From the NCBI RefSeq assembly GCF_020745735.1, contig NC_083424.1, positions 18,400,999 through 18,464,998 of the forward strand: 64,000 nucleotides of DNA. Direction: 5' to 3'. Of this stretch, positions 1 to 11,300 are shown piece after piece (the first letter of the stretch is position 1; every line of letters starts with the position of its first letter). Position numbers and translations under genes: made by a program. This stretch comes from Hemiscyllium ocellatum. Its lineage: Eukaryota. Below the pieces are notes generated by a model, which saw nothing but the letters and a program-made list of their open reading frames with translations, did not search any database and was not told the DNA's origin.

Positions 1-75
1 ATACAGTAAACTCAGCACCAAATCACCCTGAGTCACTGCTCAGTGAAGGTCCTGTACACAGTGGCGAAAGGAATT

Positions 76-161
76 GGAAAGTGAAACCGAACGGAGCTCT
101 GTTTGCTGCTGGAGTTCAGTTCATTTTTCAAATACCGGGGTAATCTTGAGGAAACGAAACT
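76..161 (+). promoter_or_regulatory. ISRE/IRF-E cluster upstream of ISG15-like copy 1
   Basis: GGAAAGTGAAACCGAAC (76-92) and GGAAACGAAACT (150-161) fit GAAANNGAAA / GAAANGAAACT. The first closely resembles the mammalian ISG15 promoter ISRE (GGAAAGGGAAACCGAAACTG). Confidence 0.8.
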
Positions 162-458
162 TTCGGCCGGACCGTGAGCAGGCAATCAGAGGCGAGCAGA
201 GATGTGACGTTCAGTAACCGGCTCTGAGAATAAAGAGGAGGGCACCTGCAACACAGACTCAGAGAGAGAGAGACCCAGAGGGGGCGCAGCCGGGAACCGG
301 GCACTTACAGTGGGCACAGAGAGAGGGAGATCTGTTCACGTCTCCCATCCAGATCGGACACCGGCGTGAACAAAGCGGGGAAGACAAACTGCTGGGAAAG
401 GAGTGTCGGAAACAAGTCAGTGTTTAACTTTCCCGGAGCGGAGCCTCCAGCGAGGATT

Positions 459-2045
459 GTGAGTTCATTTCATCTTTTTGTTTCGGGAATTGCAGAATTC
501 GGTTTCCGGTGTGTGAAACGGGTTGCAGGGACAGAGCTCTGGAGCAAGTGAACAGCTCTGACAGTCTGTGTGTGCACAGAGCCGGGGGGGGGACGGTCCC
601 AGTCTGGGGCTGACTCCTCAGTAATGCTCCTGCCAGAACGGCCGCGTTTCTCCAGCGTTTGCTGGGAGTCTGATTCCCAACACCCGCAACCTTTTGTCTT
701 TATTCGAAATGGGCCGTTTTGAATCTAACAAGCTCCACTTTGATCAGTTATCATTGCAAGAAATGTTTAACATCATTTAAAATCTCAGAGCGGTTTGGAG
801 ACAAGATTTAGCATTTGGTGTCATCCGAGTTTCAGCCCAGATTGAATGGCGGAGTGGACTCGATGGGCTGAATGGCCTTATGTTTACTCCGATATCTTAT
901 TTGTTGTTCTCATGTGGCCTTGAACATTTCGAAATACTGAATGAAGAAAGATGCCAAAAGCCATGGGTTGTGTTTAACTAGAACAGCGAGACTCGGCTGG
1001 GAGTTCTGAATGGGTCACCCTGTTTAATGTTCCTGTTACAGAGACCCCTGTCGTTGGCTTCTTCAATCCGTTGAGCTTTCCGGACGATTTAACCCATCCC
1101 CTCTCACTTTACATGCTCTAAAATTCCGTGATTTATCTGAAGTTTCTGGTGAAACATGAGCCTTTGGTGTCACTGCGTTGATGTGATACAGTGGGAGTGT
1201 ATGTTCCTCTCAGTCAGAAAGATCAGGTTCCAGTGCCACCAGTTTCATGGCTGTGTCAGCACATATTTGAACAGGTTAATACGAAGCACTCACAGCATAC
1301 ATTGCTACTGTCCGCCCATCGGATATTACTTTCAGAATATCAGTTGTACACTTATTTCTAACTCTGCTTCTTTCTCAAAACTGGAACACAGATATAATAT
1401 TCACTGCTGCCCCGCAGAGACCCGGGTTCAATTCCCGCCTCAGGAAACTGTGTGGAGTTTGCACGTTCTCCCCGTGTCTGCGTGGGTTTCCTCCGGGTGC
1501 TCCGGTTTCCTCCCACGATCCAAAAATGTGTAGGTTAGGTGAATTGGCCATGTTAAATTTTCCGTAGTGTTAGGTGAGGGGGTAAATGTAGGAGAATGTG
1601 TCTGGGTGGGTTAAGCTTCGGCGGGTCGGTGTGGAATTGTTGGGCCGAAGGGCCTGTTTCCACACTGTAAGTAATCTAAAAAATCTAATCTAAATGGTGC
1701 AGATGTGAGGAGTCTGGGAGTGCAGAGGGGAATGGCTTTGGCAGGAGTGGGATATCTGTTTTGTCAGTGAAGCTGAAATCCTAGTCCACAAACAGCAAAA
1801 ATAGTATCTCTCCACAGGTACTGGCTGGAGTTCGGTGTGTTCAGCAGCATGTGATTTTTGTGTGCAGTATTTCTCCAATTGGAAATCAATCATTAAGAAG
1901 AAGTTTGATTGAATTGGGTGTACAGTAGGTACAGATTAGTTCCCTCAATTCTGTCAATGTCTGGAAAAGCCATTGCATGCTCAAAATGGTCTGAGACACA
2001 AAACACAGCATCCCCATCACTAACATCCTGTTCATTTCCCAACAG
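459..2045 (+). other. Putative 5'-UTR intron of ISG15-like copy 1
   Basis: Candidate donor GTGAGT at 459. Branch point CTAAC at 2020, pyrimidine tract, acceptor ttcccaacAG ending at 2045, ATG 12 nt downstream. The acceptor is better supported than the donor. Confidence 0.55.
1402..1692 (+). mobile_element. tRNA-derived shark SINE (HE1/V-SINE type), 5'-truncated
   Basis: Box B-like GGTTCAATTCC, central tgtggagtttgcacgttctcccc...gggtgctccggtttcctccc, CR1-like tail gggccgaagggcctgtttccacactgta plus (aatct)n. Confidence 0.85.
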
Positions 2046-2057
2046 CAATTTGACAAC

Positions 2058-2531
2058 ATGATACTGCAGGTGAAGTTTATGACCGGTGACATTGTCACAC
2101 TTGAGATCAATCCTTCCATTCACGTGTCAGCTCTCAAGATGATGATATATGAGAAGACCAAGGTACCTGTTTACCAACAGCGTCTGGTGATACAAAACGG
2201 GAACACTCAAGAGCTGAAGGACAACAAGAGACTGTCTGACTACTGTGTCCCTCCCAGTAACACTGTCATGCTGATCGTCAAGAATGAGGAGCGCATGCAG
2301 ATCTTCCTGCAGAATGACAAGGGAAAACTTTCTACATACGATGTTCGTCCCTCTCAGTCTGTTGAGGAATTTAAAGCACAAGTCCAGCGACAGGAGCGTG
2401 TCCCAGCCAATCAGCAGCGCCTGATGTACGATGGGAAACAGCTGGAGGATGGTCGGTTACTCTCTGACTACAATATTCAGCCAGAGAGCACCATCTTCCT
2501 CTTGCTGCGTTTGCGGGGTGGCTCACTGTGA
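2058..2531 (+). CDS. ISG15: ISG15-like di-ubiquitin modifier, copy 1 (157 aa)
   Basis: Two tandem ubiquitin-like domains. The second is exactly 76 aa (M80-G155: MQIFL...[37 protein letters not shown]), followed by a 2-aa SL extension. ISREs upstream; AATAAA at 2815 and 3685. Confidence 0.88.
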   Translation: MILQVKFMTGDIVTLEINPSIHVSALKMMIYEKTKVPVYQQRLVIQNGNTQELKDNKRLSDYCVPPSNTVMLIVKNEERMQIFLQNDKGKLSTYDVRPSQSVEEFKAQVQRQERVPANQQRLMYDGKQLEDGRLLSDYNIQPESTIFLLLRLRGGSL

Positions 2532-4389
2532 CAGCACCAATACACAATCAGTGGGAGATGTTCCTCAAAACTGTTATCAAAATCTACTGCTGTATTCCCC
2601 CAATTATACAATTCCTATGCAGTTAGGGATCACAGTTAGTAAATATACGGCCTTTTGGTTATCATTCTTAATTTGTACCATACATAGATGGGGGCTATCC
2701 ATGCCCATATTCCTGATGTGCACATACAGGCCAACACTTGCAAACAGCAAGAGATACATCGGGAGAGGGAGGGAAATAACAATGTCAAATGGGATCTGAC
2801 AATTTTTTTTATTGAATAAATGTTATCAAGGGCTACTGAACCTTTTTTCCTTTGGACCTGGATTCAGATTAGGCCCAACTTCCCTCAGTCTGCAGTTTGT
2901 GGGGAACCTGGCTGAAATAACTGGGGTCAGGAACTCACAACATATACATTCTTGCAGCATGAAAATGATTGTTTTCTGCTTCTAATTGGCAGCACCAGTG
3001 AGCTGTGCCTCAGGATGGTTGATATACGAATGGAGAAACTTACCTGTAATAACGGTATAGAATGGATGAGGGAAATGACGATCAAAGTATCCTTTAGTTA
3101 AGAATGATTTAAAATATTCAATACACATTTTCTGACATCTTACTTTACTTGAGAAGCCATGTATATATTATAAATGCTTTTTTTTGGAAGACTCATCTTT
3201 TCCATAACAGGATATGTATTGCCTGGACTGTACATTTTATTAAGGCATAAGATGTGAGTCGAAAATCAAGCTGTTTCTTTGGATTCAAGTTTAAATGTTA
3301 AATGTTGCTTCTGCTCCTTCATGATCTGTAAATGAGAATTATCTGGGAATCCACATTTGGTACATCAGCACTCCAAATACAAAACTATTTCCAGATGATT
3401 TGTCAAACCAAGTATTTTTAAATGAACAACAGGAATGTGCACTGAGCCCATGAGGTACCAGAATGAGATACATCTCACTGCAAAGTACATCTCCAGACTT
3501 TTTTTTGCAATGTTCTGTTTGTAAAAGGATGCATTCCAGGTTGTCTCTCTTTCAGGATTGATGTATATGAAAAGAGAATTCTTCAGAGATGTACGAATTC
3601 CTTCTCATTGTACCTGATTGAATACTGTACTTCCATGTAATTTGTATGTTAATAGTGATTGTAATGTTTATACCTTTCACTGACAATAAAATTTGTCTTT
3701 TTGTTTAGACAACGTGAAATGTTGTAGTATAATTCTGTCGGTTAACGTGAGGTGTGTCAATCTCTTCTCCAATGATAACAATCCAGAACTGAATTATAAC
3801 ATAATTACAAGGAACAGTTTGGGATTTTAGATTAAAGTAATTTTAAACATATTGCTTAACTTTCTTGTTGCAAATGAAGTAAACAAACAATTAAAACATC
3901 TTTCCAACAGAATCTGCAGCAGTGAAACAGTTTGAGGCTGTTGTCCCAAGTGAAATGACCATAATGGTAAAGAGCTGGATGGCAGCTTGTCTGGAATTCT
4001 CACGGTCAACCCCTTGTTCCAATATTACCCCATGTATAAATTACTCTAGGGGACTAACCACATGCAGCCCTCATCTGCAGTCCTGTCATCTAATACCTCC
4101 CAGCTGCTCAGAACTGTCATAGCACCTTTCTGATCCCTGCAGGATTTCAGTGCAGCATTTTGGGGTGCACTAGACTACCACTGAAATACTGCAAGGACAC
4201 TTTGCATGTGGAGATAGGCACCCAGCACACGAACTGGATCAGGTTGAATCTCAGGATGTCAGCTTTCTCTCTTAGCCCTCTCTCACTTTGAGTCTGCCTT
4301 GATGCTCATAGGAGTCCTACACAAACTGGCCTCTTATGATTTTACTTTTGTCCCCTGCACCACAGCTACAAGATTCATGATACTCTAAC

Positions 4390-4625
4390 CCTGCATCAGT
4401 AGAGAAGGTCACAGATATTCTTCTTACACAGCTGCACGTCCCTTCAGACGGCTGAGACTGCACTGAGCTGATTGGCAAACCAAGCCGAGACAGGCAGGGT
4501 CTGCTGTGATGACCTCCATGACCAGTCCTGGCGTGGGGTAGAAAATGGTCCTTCTTTGCATCAGCCCAACAGTGAGGGCCTCCTGCTCCCTGTGCACAAA
4601 GCAAGGTATGAATTTCCCTTTCACT
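4390..4625 (-). mobile_element. Degenerate Harbinger Myb/SANT-like exon
   Basis: Minus-strand reading across frames: KGKFIPCFVHREQEALTVGLMQRRTIFYP...QQTLPVSAWFANQLSAVSAV*RDVQLCKKNICDLLY*CR then GT. This matches the MSANTD/Harbinger ORF pattern (PRFS..ELE.L....RR..L.P ... QCRKK..DL). Confidence 0.55.
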
Positions 4626-5847
4626 GCAATGTCTGGATAAAACACCAGTTACTACACAGGGCAGCTACACACTTCCAGTGTTTGCATGGGTACACAGAAA
4701 TCTTTTAAAGGTGTCACTGATGCCAGACAAGATGGTCTATTCTGGAATATTCCCAGTAGTGGTGAGTTCTTTCAGGTACAGCAAGTGGTTGCATCAAGCT
4801 AGCTAGCAGGACAGTGTCACCATTGTGTAGGATGGGCAGTTAATGAGGTGAGTTTGAGATATGATGGTGAGAAATCCCTCATGAGGAGGAAAATAAATCA
4901 GAAGATAGAAAAGGCATGTATGTTATAATAATCTTGGAGGACTTCAATATGCAGGTGGACTGAGAAAATTAGATTGGGAGTGAAATGCAAGAAAAAGACA
5001 TTGTGGAATGTCTATGAGATGGCTTTTTGGAGCAGCTTGTGTTGGAGCCTACGAGGGAACAGGCCATACTGGATTTAGTTGTGGAATGAGGTTGACTTCA
5101 TGCAGATTTAAGGTAAATTTACTCTGCAATTTGAGAGGAAGAAGATAGAATCAGAGGTAACGGTATTACAGCTGAATAAAGGCAACTACAGAGGCATGAC
5201 AGAGGCACTGGATAGAGTTGACTGGGAGAAGAACATTGCAGGAAAGACAGTGGAACAACAATAGCAGGGCTAACTGGGAGTAATTCAGGAGACACAGCAG
5301 AGATTCATCTGAGGAGAAAGAAGTGTGGTACAGGGAGGATGAGGCAACCATGGCTGACTAGGGAAGTCAGGGATAGCATAAAATCAAATGAGAAACCATA
5401 TAACGTGTTGAAGAGCAGTGGGAAACCAAAGGATTGGGAAGCTTACAAAGACCAACAGAGGGCAACAAAAAAAGAAATAAGGAGTAAGAAGATTAAATAT
5501 GAGAATAACCTAGCCAGGAATATCAAGGAAGACTGTAAGAGTTTCTTTAGATTTAAAGGGCAAAAATAAGGCAAAAGTGGACATTTGGCTACAGGAAAAT
5601 GACACTGGAGTGACAGTAGTTTGGGAAAAAGAAAATGGCTGAGGAACTGAATAATTACTTGGTCTCAGTCTTCACAGTGGAAGACACAGGAAATATCCCA
5701 AAAATTTAAGAGAGTGAGGGGGCAGAGTTGAGTATGGTGGCTATGATCAAGGAGACGGTACTAGAAAGACTGAATTGCCTGAAGGTGGATTAATGACCTG
5801 AACCAGATAGACTACACCCCAGAGTTGGAAGGTAGATGGAGTCATAG

Positions 5848-6858
5848 ACTCCTCCACTTCCCGCTCCTCCGCCCTTGAGCCCCGCTCCTCCAACCGCCAC
5901 CAAGACAGAACCCCACTGGTTCTCACCTACCACCCCACCAACCTGCGCATACAACGTATTATCCGCCGCCATTTCCGCCACCTCCAAACGGACCCCACCA
6001 CCAAGGATATATTTCCCTCCCCTCCCCTATCAGCGTTCCGCAAGGACCACTCCCTTCGTGACTCCCTTGTCAGATCCACACCCCCCACCAACCCAACCTC
6101 CACCCCCGGCACCTTCCCCTGCAACCGCAGGAAATGTAAAACTTGCGCCCACACCTCCACACTCACTTCCCTCCAAGGCCCCAAGGGATCCTTCCATATC
6201 CGCCACAAGTTCACCTGTACCTCCACACACATCATCTATTGCATCCGCTGCACCCGATGTGGCCTCCTCTATATTGGTGAGACAGGCCGCTTGCTTGCGG
6301 AACGCTTCAGAGAACACCTCTGGGCCGCCCGAACCAACCAACCCAATCACCCCGTGGCTCAACACTTTAACTCCCCCTCCCACTCCACCGAGGACATGCA
6401 GGTCCTTGGACTCCTCCACCGGCAGAACACAACTACACGACGGCTGGAGGAGGAGCGCCTCATCTTCCGCCTGGGAACCCTCCAACCACAAGGTATGAAT
6501 TCAGATTTCTCCAGCTTCCTCATTTCCCCTCCCCCCACCTTGTCTCAGTCGGTTCCCTCAACTCAGCACCACCCTCCTAACCTGCAATCCTCTTCCTGAC
6601 CTCTCCGCCCCCACCCCACTCCGGCCTATCACCCTCACCTTGACCTCCTTCCACCTATCCCACCTCCATCGCCCCTCCCCCTAGTCCCTCCTCCCTACCT
6701 TTTATCTCAGCCTGCTTGGCTCTCTCTCTTATTCCTGATGAAGGGCTTATGCTCGAAACGTCGAATTCTCTATTCCTGAGATGCTGCCTAACCTGCTGTG
6801 CTTTGACCAGCAACACATTTGCAGCTGTGATCTCCAGCATCTGCAGACCTCATTTTTT
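5848..6858 (+). mobile_element. Penelope-like element 3' part (GIY-YIG endonuclease plus pseudo-LTR)
   Basis: Reads ...FTCTSTHIIYCIRCTRCGLLYIGETGRLLAERFREH...VAQHFN...RRLEEERLIFRLGTLQPQGMN. Flanked by AGTCATAG at 5840-5847 and 6859-6866 (TSD). Confidence 0.9.
6731..6766 (+). ncRNA. Minimal type I hammerhead ribozyme motif in a Penelope pseudo-LTR
   Basis: ATTC-CTGATGA-A-GGGC ttat GCTC-GAAA-C-GTC-GAAT: stem I (ATTC/GAAT), CUGAUGA core, stem II hairpin, GAAA, GUC cleavage triplet. Confidence 0.75.
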
Positions 6859-7196
6859 AGTCATAGTCATAGAGTCATAGAGATGTACAGCATGGAAACA
6901 GACCCTTCGGAGGTGTTAGTAATGATCTTTTAGGAATCACTAGAGCCAGGAAGGGTCTCAGAGAACTGGAAAATCGCCAATGTGACACCCTTGTTTAAAA
7001 AGGGAGTAAGGCAAAAAATGAAAAATTACAGATCAACTAGCCTAAACCCGGTTGTGGGTAAGATCCTGGAATATATTGTGAAGGATGAGATTTCTGAATA
7101 TTTGGAAGTGTATGATAAAATAGGACAAAGTCAGCATGGTTTCACCAAGGGGAGGCCATGCCCGACAAATCTGCTGCAATTCTTTGAGGAAGTAAT

Positions 7197-7500
7197 GGCA
7201 CGGTGGCTTATTGGTTAGCACTGCTGCCTCACAGCGCCCGGGGCATAGGTTCAATTCCCACCTCGGGCAACTGTGTGTGTGGAGTTTGCACATTCTCCCC
7301 ATCTCTGCGTGTGTTTCCTCTGGGTGCTCCGGTTTCCTCCCGCAGTCTAAAGATGTGCAGGTCAGGTGAATTGGCCATGCTAAATTGTCCATAGTGTTAG
7401 GTGTAGGGGAATGGGTCTGGGTGGGTTGCTCTTCAGAGGGTCAGTGTGGACTTATTGGTCTGAAGGGCCTGTTTCCATACTGGAGGGAATCTAATCTAAC
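7197..7500 (+). mobile_element. Shark tRNA-derived SINE, full length, inserted in CR1
   Basis: ggcacggtggct..tggttagcactgctgcctcacagcgcc head, box B, central domain and (aatct) tail. The CR1 reading resumes after it. Confidence 0.88.
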
Positions 7501-8344
7501 AAGCAAGTTAGACCAAGGGGAACCAATGGATGTCACCTACCTGGACTTCAACAAGGCCTTTGATAAGGTGCCATACACGAGGCTGCTGAGTAAGGTAAGA
7601 GCCCATGGTGTTAGAGGGAAAGTCCTGGCATGGTTAGAAGCTTGGCTGTCTGGCAGAAAATGGAGAGTGGGGATAAATGAGTCCTTCTCAGGATGGCAGC
7701 CAGTGACAAGTGGTGTTCCGCAGGACTCAATGTTGGGATCACAACTTTTCACTTTATACATTAACAATCTAGATGAAGGAACTGAGGGCATTCTGGTTAA
7801 GTTTTCAGACGGTACAAAGATAGGTAGAGGGACAATTAGCTTTGAAGAGGCAGGGAGGCTGCAGTAGGAGTTGGACAGGTTAGGAGAATGGGCAAAGAAG
7901 TGGCAGATGGAGTACAATGTGGAAAGTGTGAGGTCATGCACTTTGGTAGGAAGAATAGAGGCATAGACTAGTTTCTAAATCGGGAGAAAATTCAGAAGTC
8001 CGAAGTGCAAAGAGACTTGAGAGTTCTAGCCCAGGATTCTCTCAAGATAAACTTGCAGGTTAAGTCAGTATTTAGGAAGGCAAACACAGTGATGGCATTC
8101 ATTTTGAGAGGACTTGAATATAAAAGCAGGGTTGTACTTCTGAGGTTCTATGAGGCTCTGATCAGACCACATTTGGAGTATCGTACCCAGCTTTGGGCCC
8201 CATATCTCAGGAAGGGTGTACTGGGGTGTGTTGGAGTGTGTTCAGAGTAAGTTCACGAGAATGGTCCCAGGAATGAAAAGCTTTCATATATGAGCCACCA
8301 TGCCACCCTGTCGTATGGGCTTACCACGTCATCTTATGGTCTTA

Positions 8345-10075
8345 TAGGAGGCAGAGAGTGGGAATAAAGGCATCTTTTTCAGAATGGCAGCTTGTGACTG
8401 GAGGAGCTCTGCAGAGATCAGTGCTGGGAAATCGACTATTCATGTCAAGCATTAATGATCTGGATGAATGAACTGACAGCATTGTTCTAAGTCTGCAGGT
8501 CACACAAAGATATTGGGAGTGTCAGGTAGTAATGAGGAAGTGTGGAGGCTAGCAGAAGTGGAGAATGGGCAAAGAAGAGGCAGATGGAGTGCAATGTGAG
8601 AGTGTGAGTTGTTATGCACCTTGACAGGAAGAATAAAGGCATAGACTAAATGGGGAAAGACTTCAGAAATGTGGGAGAGCTAGTTCATGGCTACCTTAAG
8701 GCAGATTCAGTTGGAGGTTCAGAAGGCAAAAGCAATGTGGTCATGCATTTCAAAAGAGCTGGAATACAAGAGCAGAGGTGTACTGCTGAGACCATATCAG
8801 ACCCTGGTCAGATCGCATTTGGAATATTGTGAGCAATTTTGGTGCCGGTATATAAGGAAAGATGTGTTGGCATTGGGGGAGTCTAGCGGAGATTTACAAG
8901 AGTTGTTGTCGTGGAGAAAATGTAGAGAATCACCGGGAGACACAGAGAGTTCTTCAAGAAGTAGGCCTTTTATTTGCAAACAAGAAACCATGACACTGAG
9001 AAAGCAGATTCTCGAATGTTCCTGAACCTCTGCGCCCATGGTTTTTAATTTCTTTTTATCATGTTTCTGTTAGCTTATCAGCATGTCTGACTATATTAAA
9101 CAAAGTACCTCACTCTAGCTACACAATAAACCAGTGATGTTAGTTCCCATTATCTCTTTAGTTGTCCCACTATAGTTTTTTTCCTCCATTGTACTTCATG
9201 TTCTTCTAATGTCACAGTTAGATATTCAGTGTCAGCCTTTGCAAAAATGGTCTTTCATTGTAGACCCTACTTAATATTTTCCTAATGTCATGTTTAGATA
9301 CTTATTGTCAATAGTCTCAAGCAGGCTGACTCTACTAACAATTAATTAGATATTAAACATCATGTCCCAAATATTTATGGTCCCAACCTTGTCATAATAA
9401 TACTCAACAGGCGAGGCTAACTTTACTAACTCTTTTACCTCATCTTGCCACAGTGACTTTTCAGCCTCAACATTCCTCTGCTAATTGGTGTAAGAGCATT
9501 CCACTGTCCTTATCCCATCCTGCATTCCAAAGACCCCTTGCAACACATCACCAATGGTGTTCATGCTTAACCCTTCCCATGCTTTCATGCTCTTTATTTT
9601 CCATATTATCCAGTGGATAAATGGCTTATCATGAAAGAAGCATTTGTCAACTTTGGGTGTGCATGAGTTGAATTTAAGAGGGATGTAGATGATGTGATTG
9701 AAACTTACAGAATACTGACAGGCCTAGATAGAGTGGATGTTGAAAAGATGTTTCTACAATAGGAGAGACAAGGATATTGAGGTACAGCCTCAGAATGAAG
9801 GGACAACCCTTCAGAACTAAGATGACGAGGAAATTCTTCAGCTAGAGGATGATCAATCTGAGGAACCCATTGCAACAAAAGGCTGCAGGGGTCATGTCAT
9901 TGAGTGTATTTAAGGCAGAGAGAGAGATGGGTTTTGATTGGTAAAGGTATCACAGGTTATGGGGAGAAGGCAGGTGATTGGTGTTGAGAAAAATATCAGC
10001 TGTGATTGAATGATGGAGCAGACTTGATTGGCTGAATGGCTTAATTCCGCTCCTCTATCGTATGGCCTTATGATG
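8345..10075 (+). mobile_element. Older CR1 RT/3' fragment interrupted by an LTR-like insert (about 8906-9604)
   Basis: ELEYKSRGVLLRPYQTLVRSHLEYCEQFW and the CR1 3' tail (tggctgaatggcttaattcc...). The insert starts TGT and carries a minus-strand polyA signal (tttattt). Confidence 0.65.
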
Positions 10076-11300
10076 TATGGGTCTTGCAGAGAGAAGCTTA
10101 TCATGAAACGTGACAAATTGATACAGCCGATATATGTCAATGTGCAGACCAATATTTATGTGCAGCCAATTTATTGCAAGCCCTCCATATAGATATAGAA
10201 TCTGTACATTCACGTACCCGCATTAGAACTAAATGTAGTCTCTGGGCTTGAGGGATTACAAAGAATGAACATATTTCTCTGCTGTACCTCAACAGAAGAT
10301 CAAAATTTGGACTTTGCTTTCATGTGGGAGAGAAACTCAAAACAATTAAGCATAAGGATAAAGGATTCTCAGGTACCATTGGCACACTTTCTTCACTGTT
10401 TTCATGGTGGCAATCTTCTGAAGGACAGATCATGTTATGTGTAGATGTGTCTCTGAAGTGATTGGTAACTGCCCATCACACCTCACAACCCGATAAGGAA
10501 GGCCTCAGCTGTGCTGTGAGCACTCCAAGGATCTGCAGCTCATCATGACAAACCCTTGCTGCCCACAAAGTTAGTGAATGATCATTATTTAATTTATATT
10601 TTCTAATCAATCTTTCAGAGATATCATTACTGATCTCTGGAGCAGATGGAATTTGCATCAAAGAGTGGGGAGGACTAGGCCGGAGAAAAGTCTGTGTGCT
10701 GGGGGGGGCGGGGAGGGGAAGGACTATTTGGGAAGGGGTTATGTGGAATATCGAGTGGAGATAATGGAAAGGATGGGATGGTGATGGGAATGGAACAACG
10801 GACAGGGGTTGGGACACAAGGGGAGAATGAGAGAACCCGCACCATGACCTGTTCCCCACCCCCATGGTCCGATCCACCCTACCCCCGATCCTGCCCACCT
10901 GATTCCCCACACTGACCTACCTTCTGTCTCTGCCTGAGCTTTCCACACTCCACAAATACCTAACCAATCCTGGAGGCCTTTTCTGCCGTCACACCCTGAT
11001 TCAATATTGTGCCTGCTCTGTGCAATAATCCTGTGTTGAACAAGTAAGAAATGTTACAAAAGGTAATTCAACTGGTTCTGTTAATCATAACTATGGAAAT
11101 TTTAAAAAATAATTGCCTTTTGTTTAAATGTTGCGCTCATGTCGACTGTTCAAAACACTATTTTGAAAATCAGAAAGTTCAAAGGACATTTTGCTTTTTC
11201 AAACACCTGTTTGCATAAACCGATGTGGGAAACGAAAATTACTGAGTTAGAGGCCTGTGACAACTCAGAGTACCAGTGATGGAGCTGGCAGTAGAGTGAT

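Larger units (their letters stand above)
4890..8290 (+). mobile_element. Decayed CR1 LINE ORF2, interrupted by a Penelope element (5848-6858) and a SINE (7197-7500)
   Basis: Fragments PWLTREVRDSIK, PLFKKG..NYRSTSL, SQHGFTKGR.C.TNLL.FFE, YLDFNKAFDKVP, SGVPQ.S.LG, KFSDGTKIG, RPHLEY, with stops and frameshifts. Confidence 0.9.

Noticed and set aside
366-551. 61-aa ORF duplicated at 14110-14295
   Set aside because: Starts at GTG, spans the putative exon 1/intron boundary, has no recognisable domain, and is conserved only because the whole block is duplicated.
1690-2381. Minus-strand ORFs duplicated near both ISG15 copies
   Set aside because: Antisense shadows of the intron and CDS with no independent coding signal.
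2058-2531. Alternative calls: polyubiquitin, FAT10/UBD, or terminal exon of an OASL
   Set aside because: Domains are too diverged for polyubiquitin; LRLRGG plus ISREs favour ISG15 over FAT10; no OAS exons were seen between each promoter and CDS.
5875-6498. 207-aa Pro/Thr-rich ORF
   Set aside because: Alternative frame of the C-rich Penelope endonuclease region.
7197-7270. tRNA gene-like heads here and at 32860 and 37755
   Set aside because: These are SINE heads continuing into SINE bodies, not tRNA genes.
10474-11060. Possible minus-strand HARBI1 remnant (VCHDE..ILECSQ) around a G-rich/C-rich low-complexity patch
   Set aside because: Similarity too short and degenerate to support by eye.
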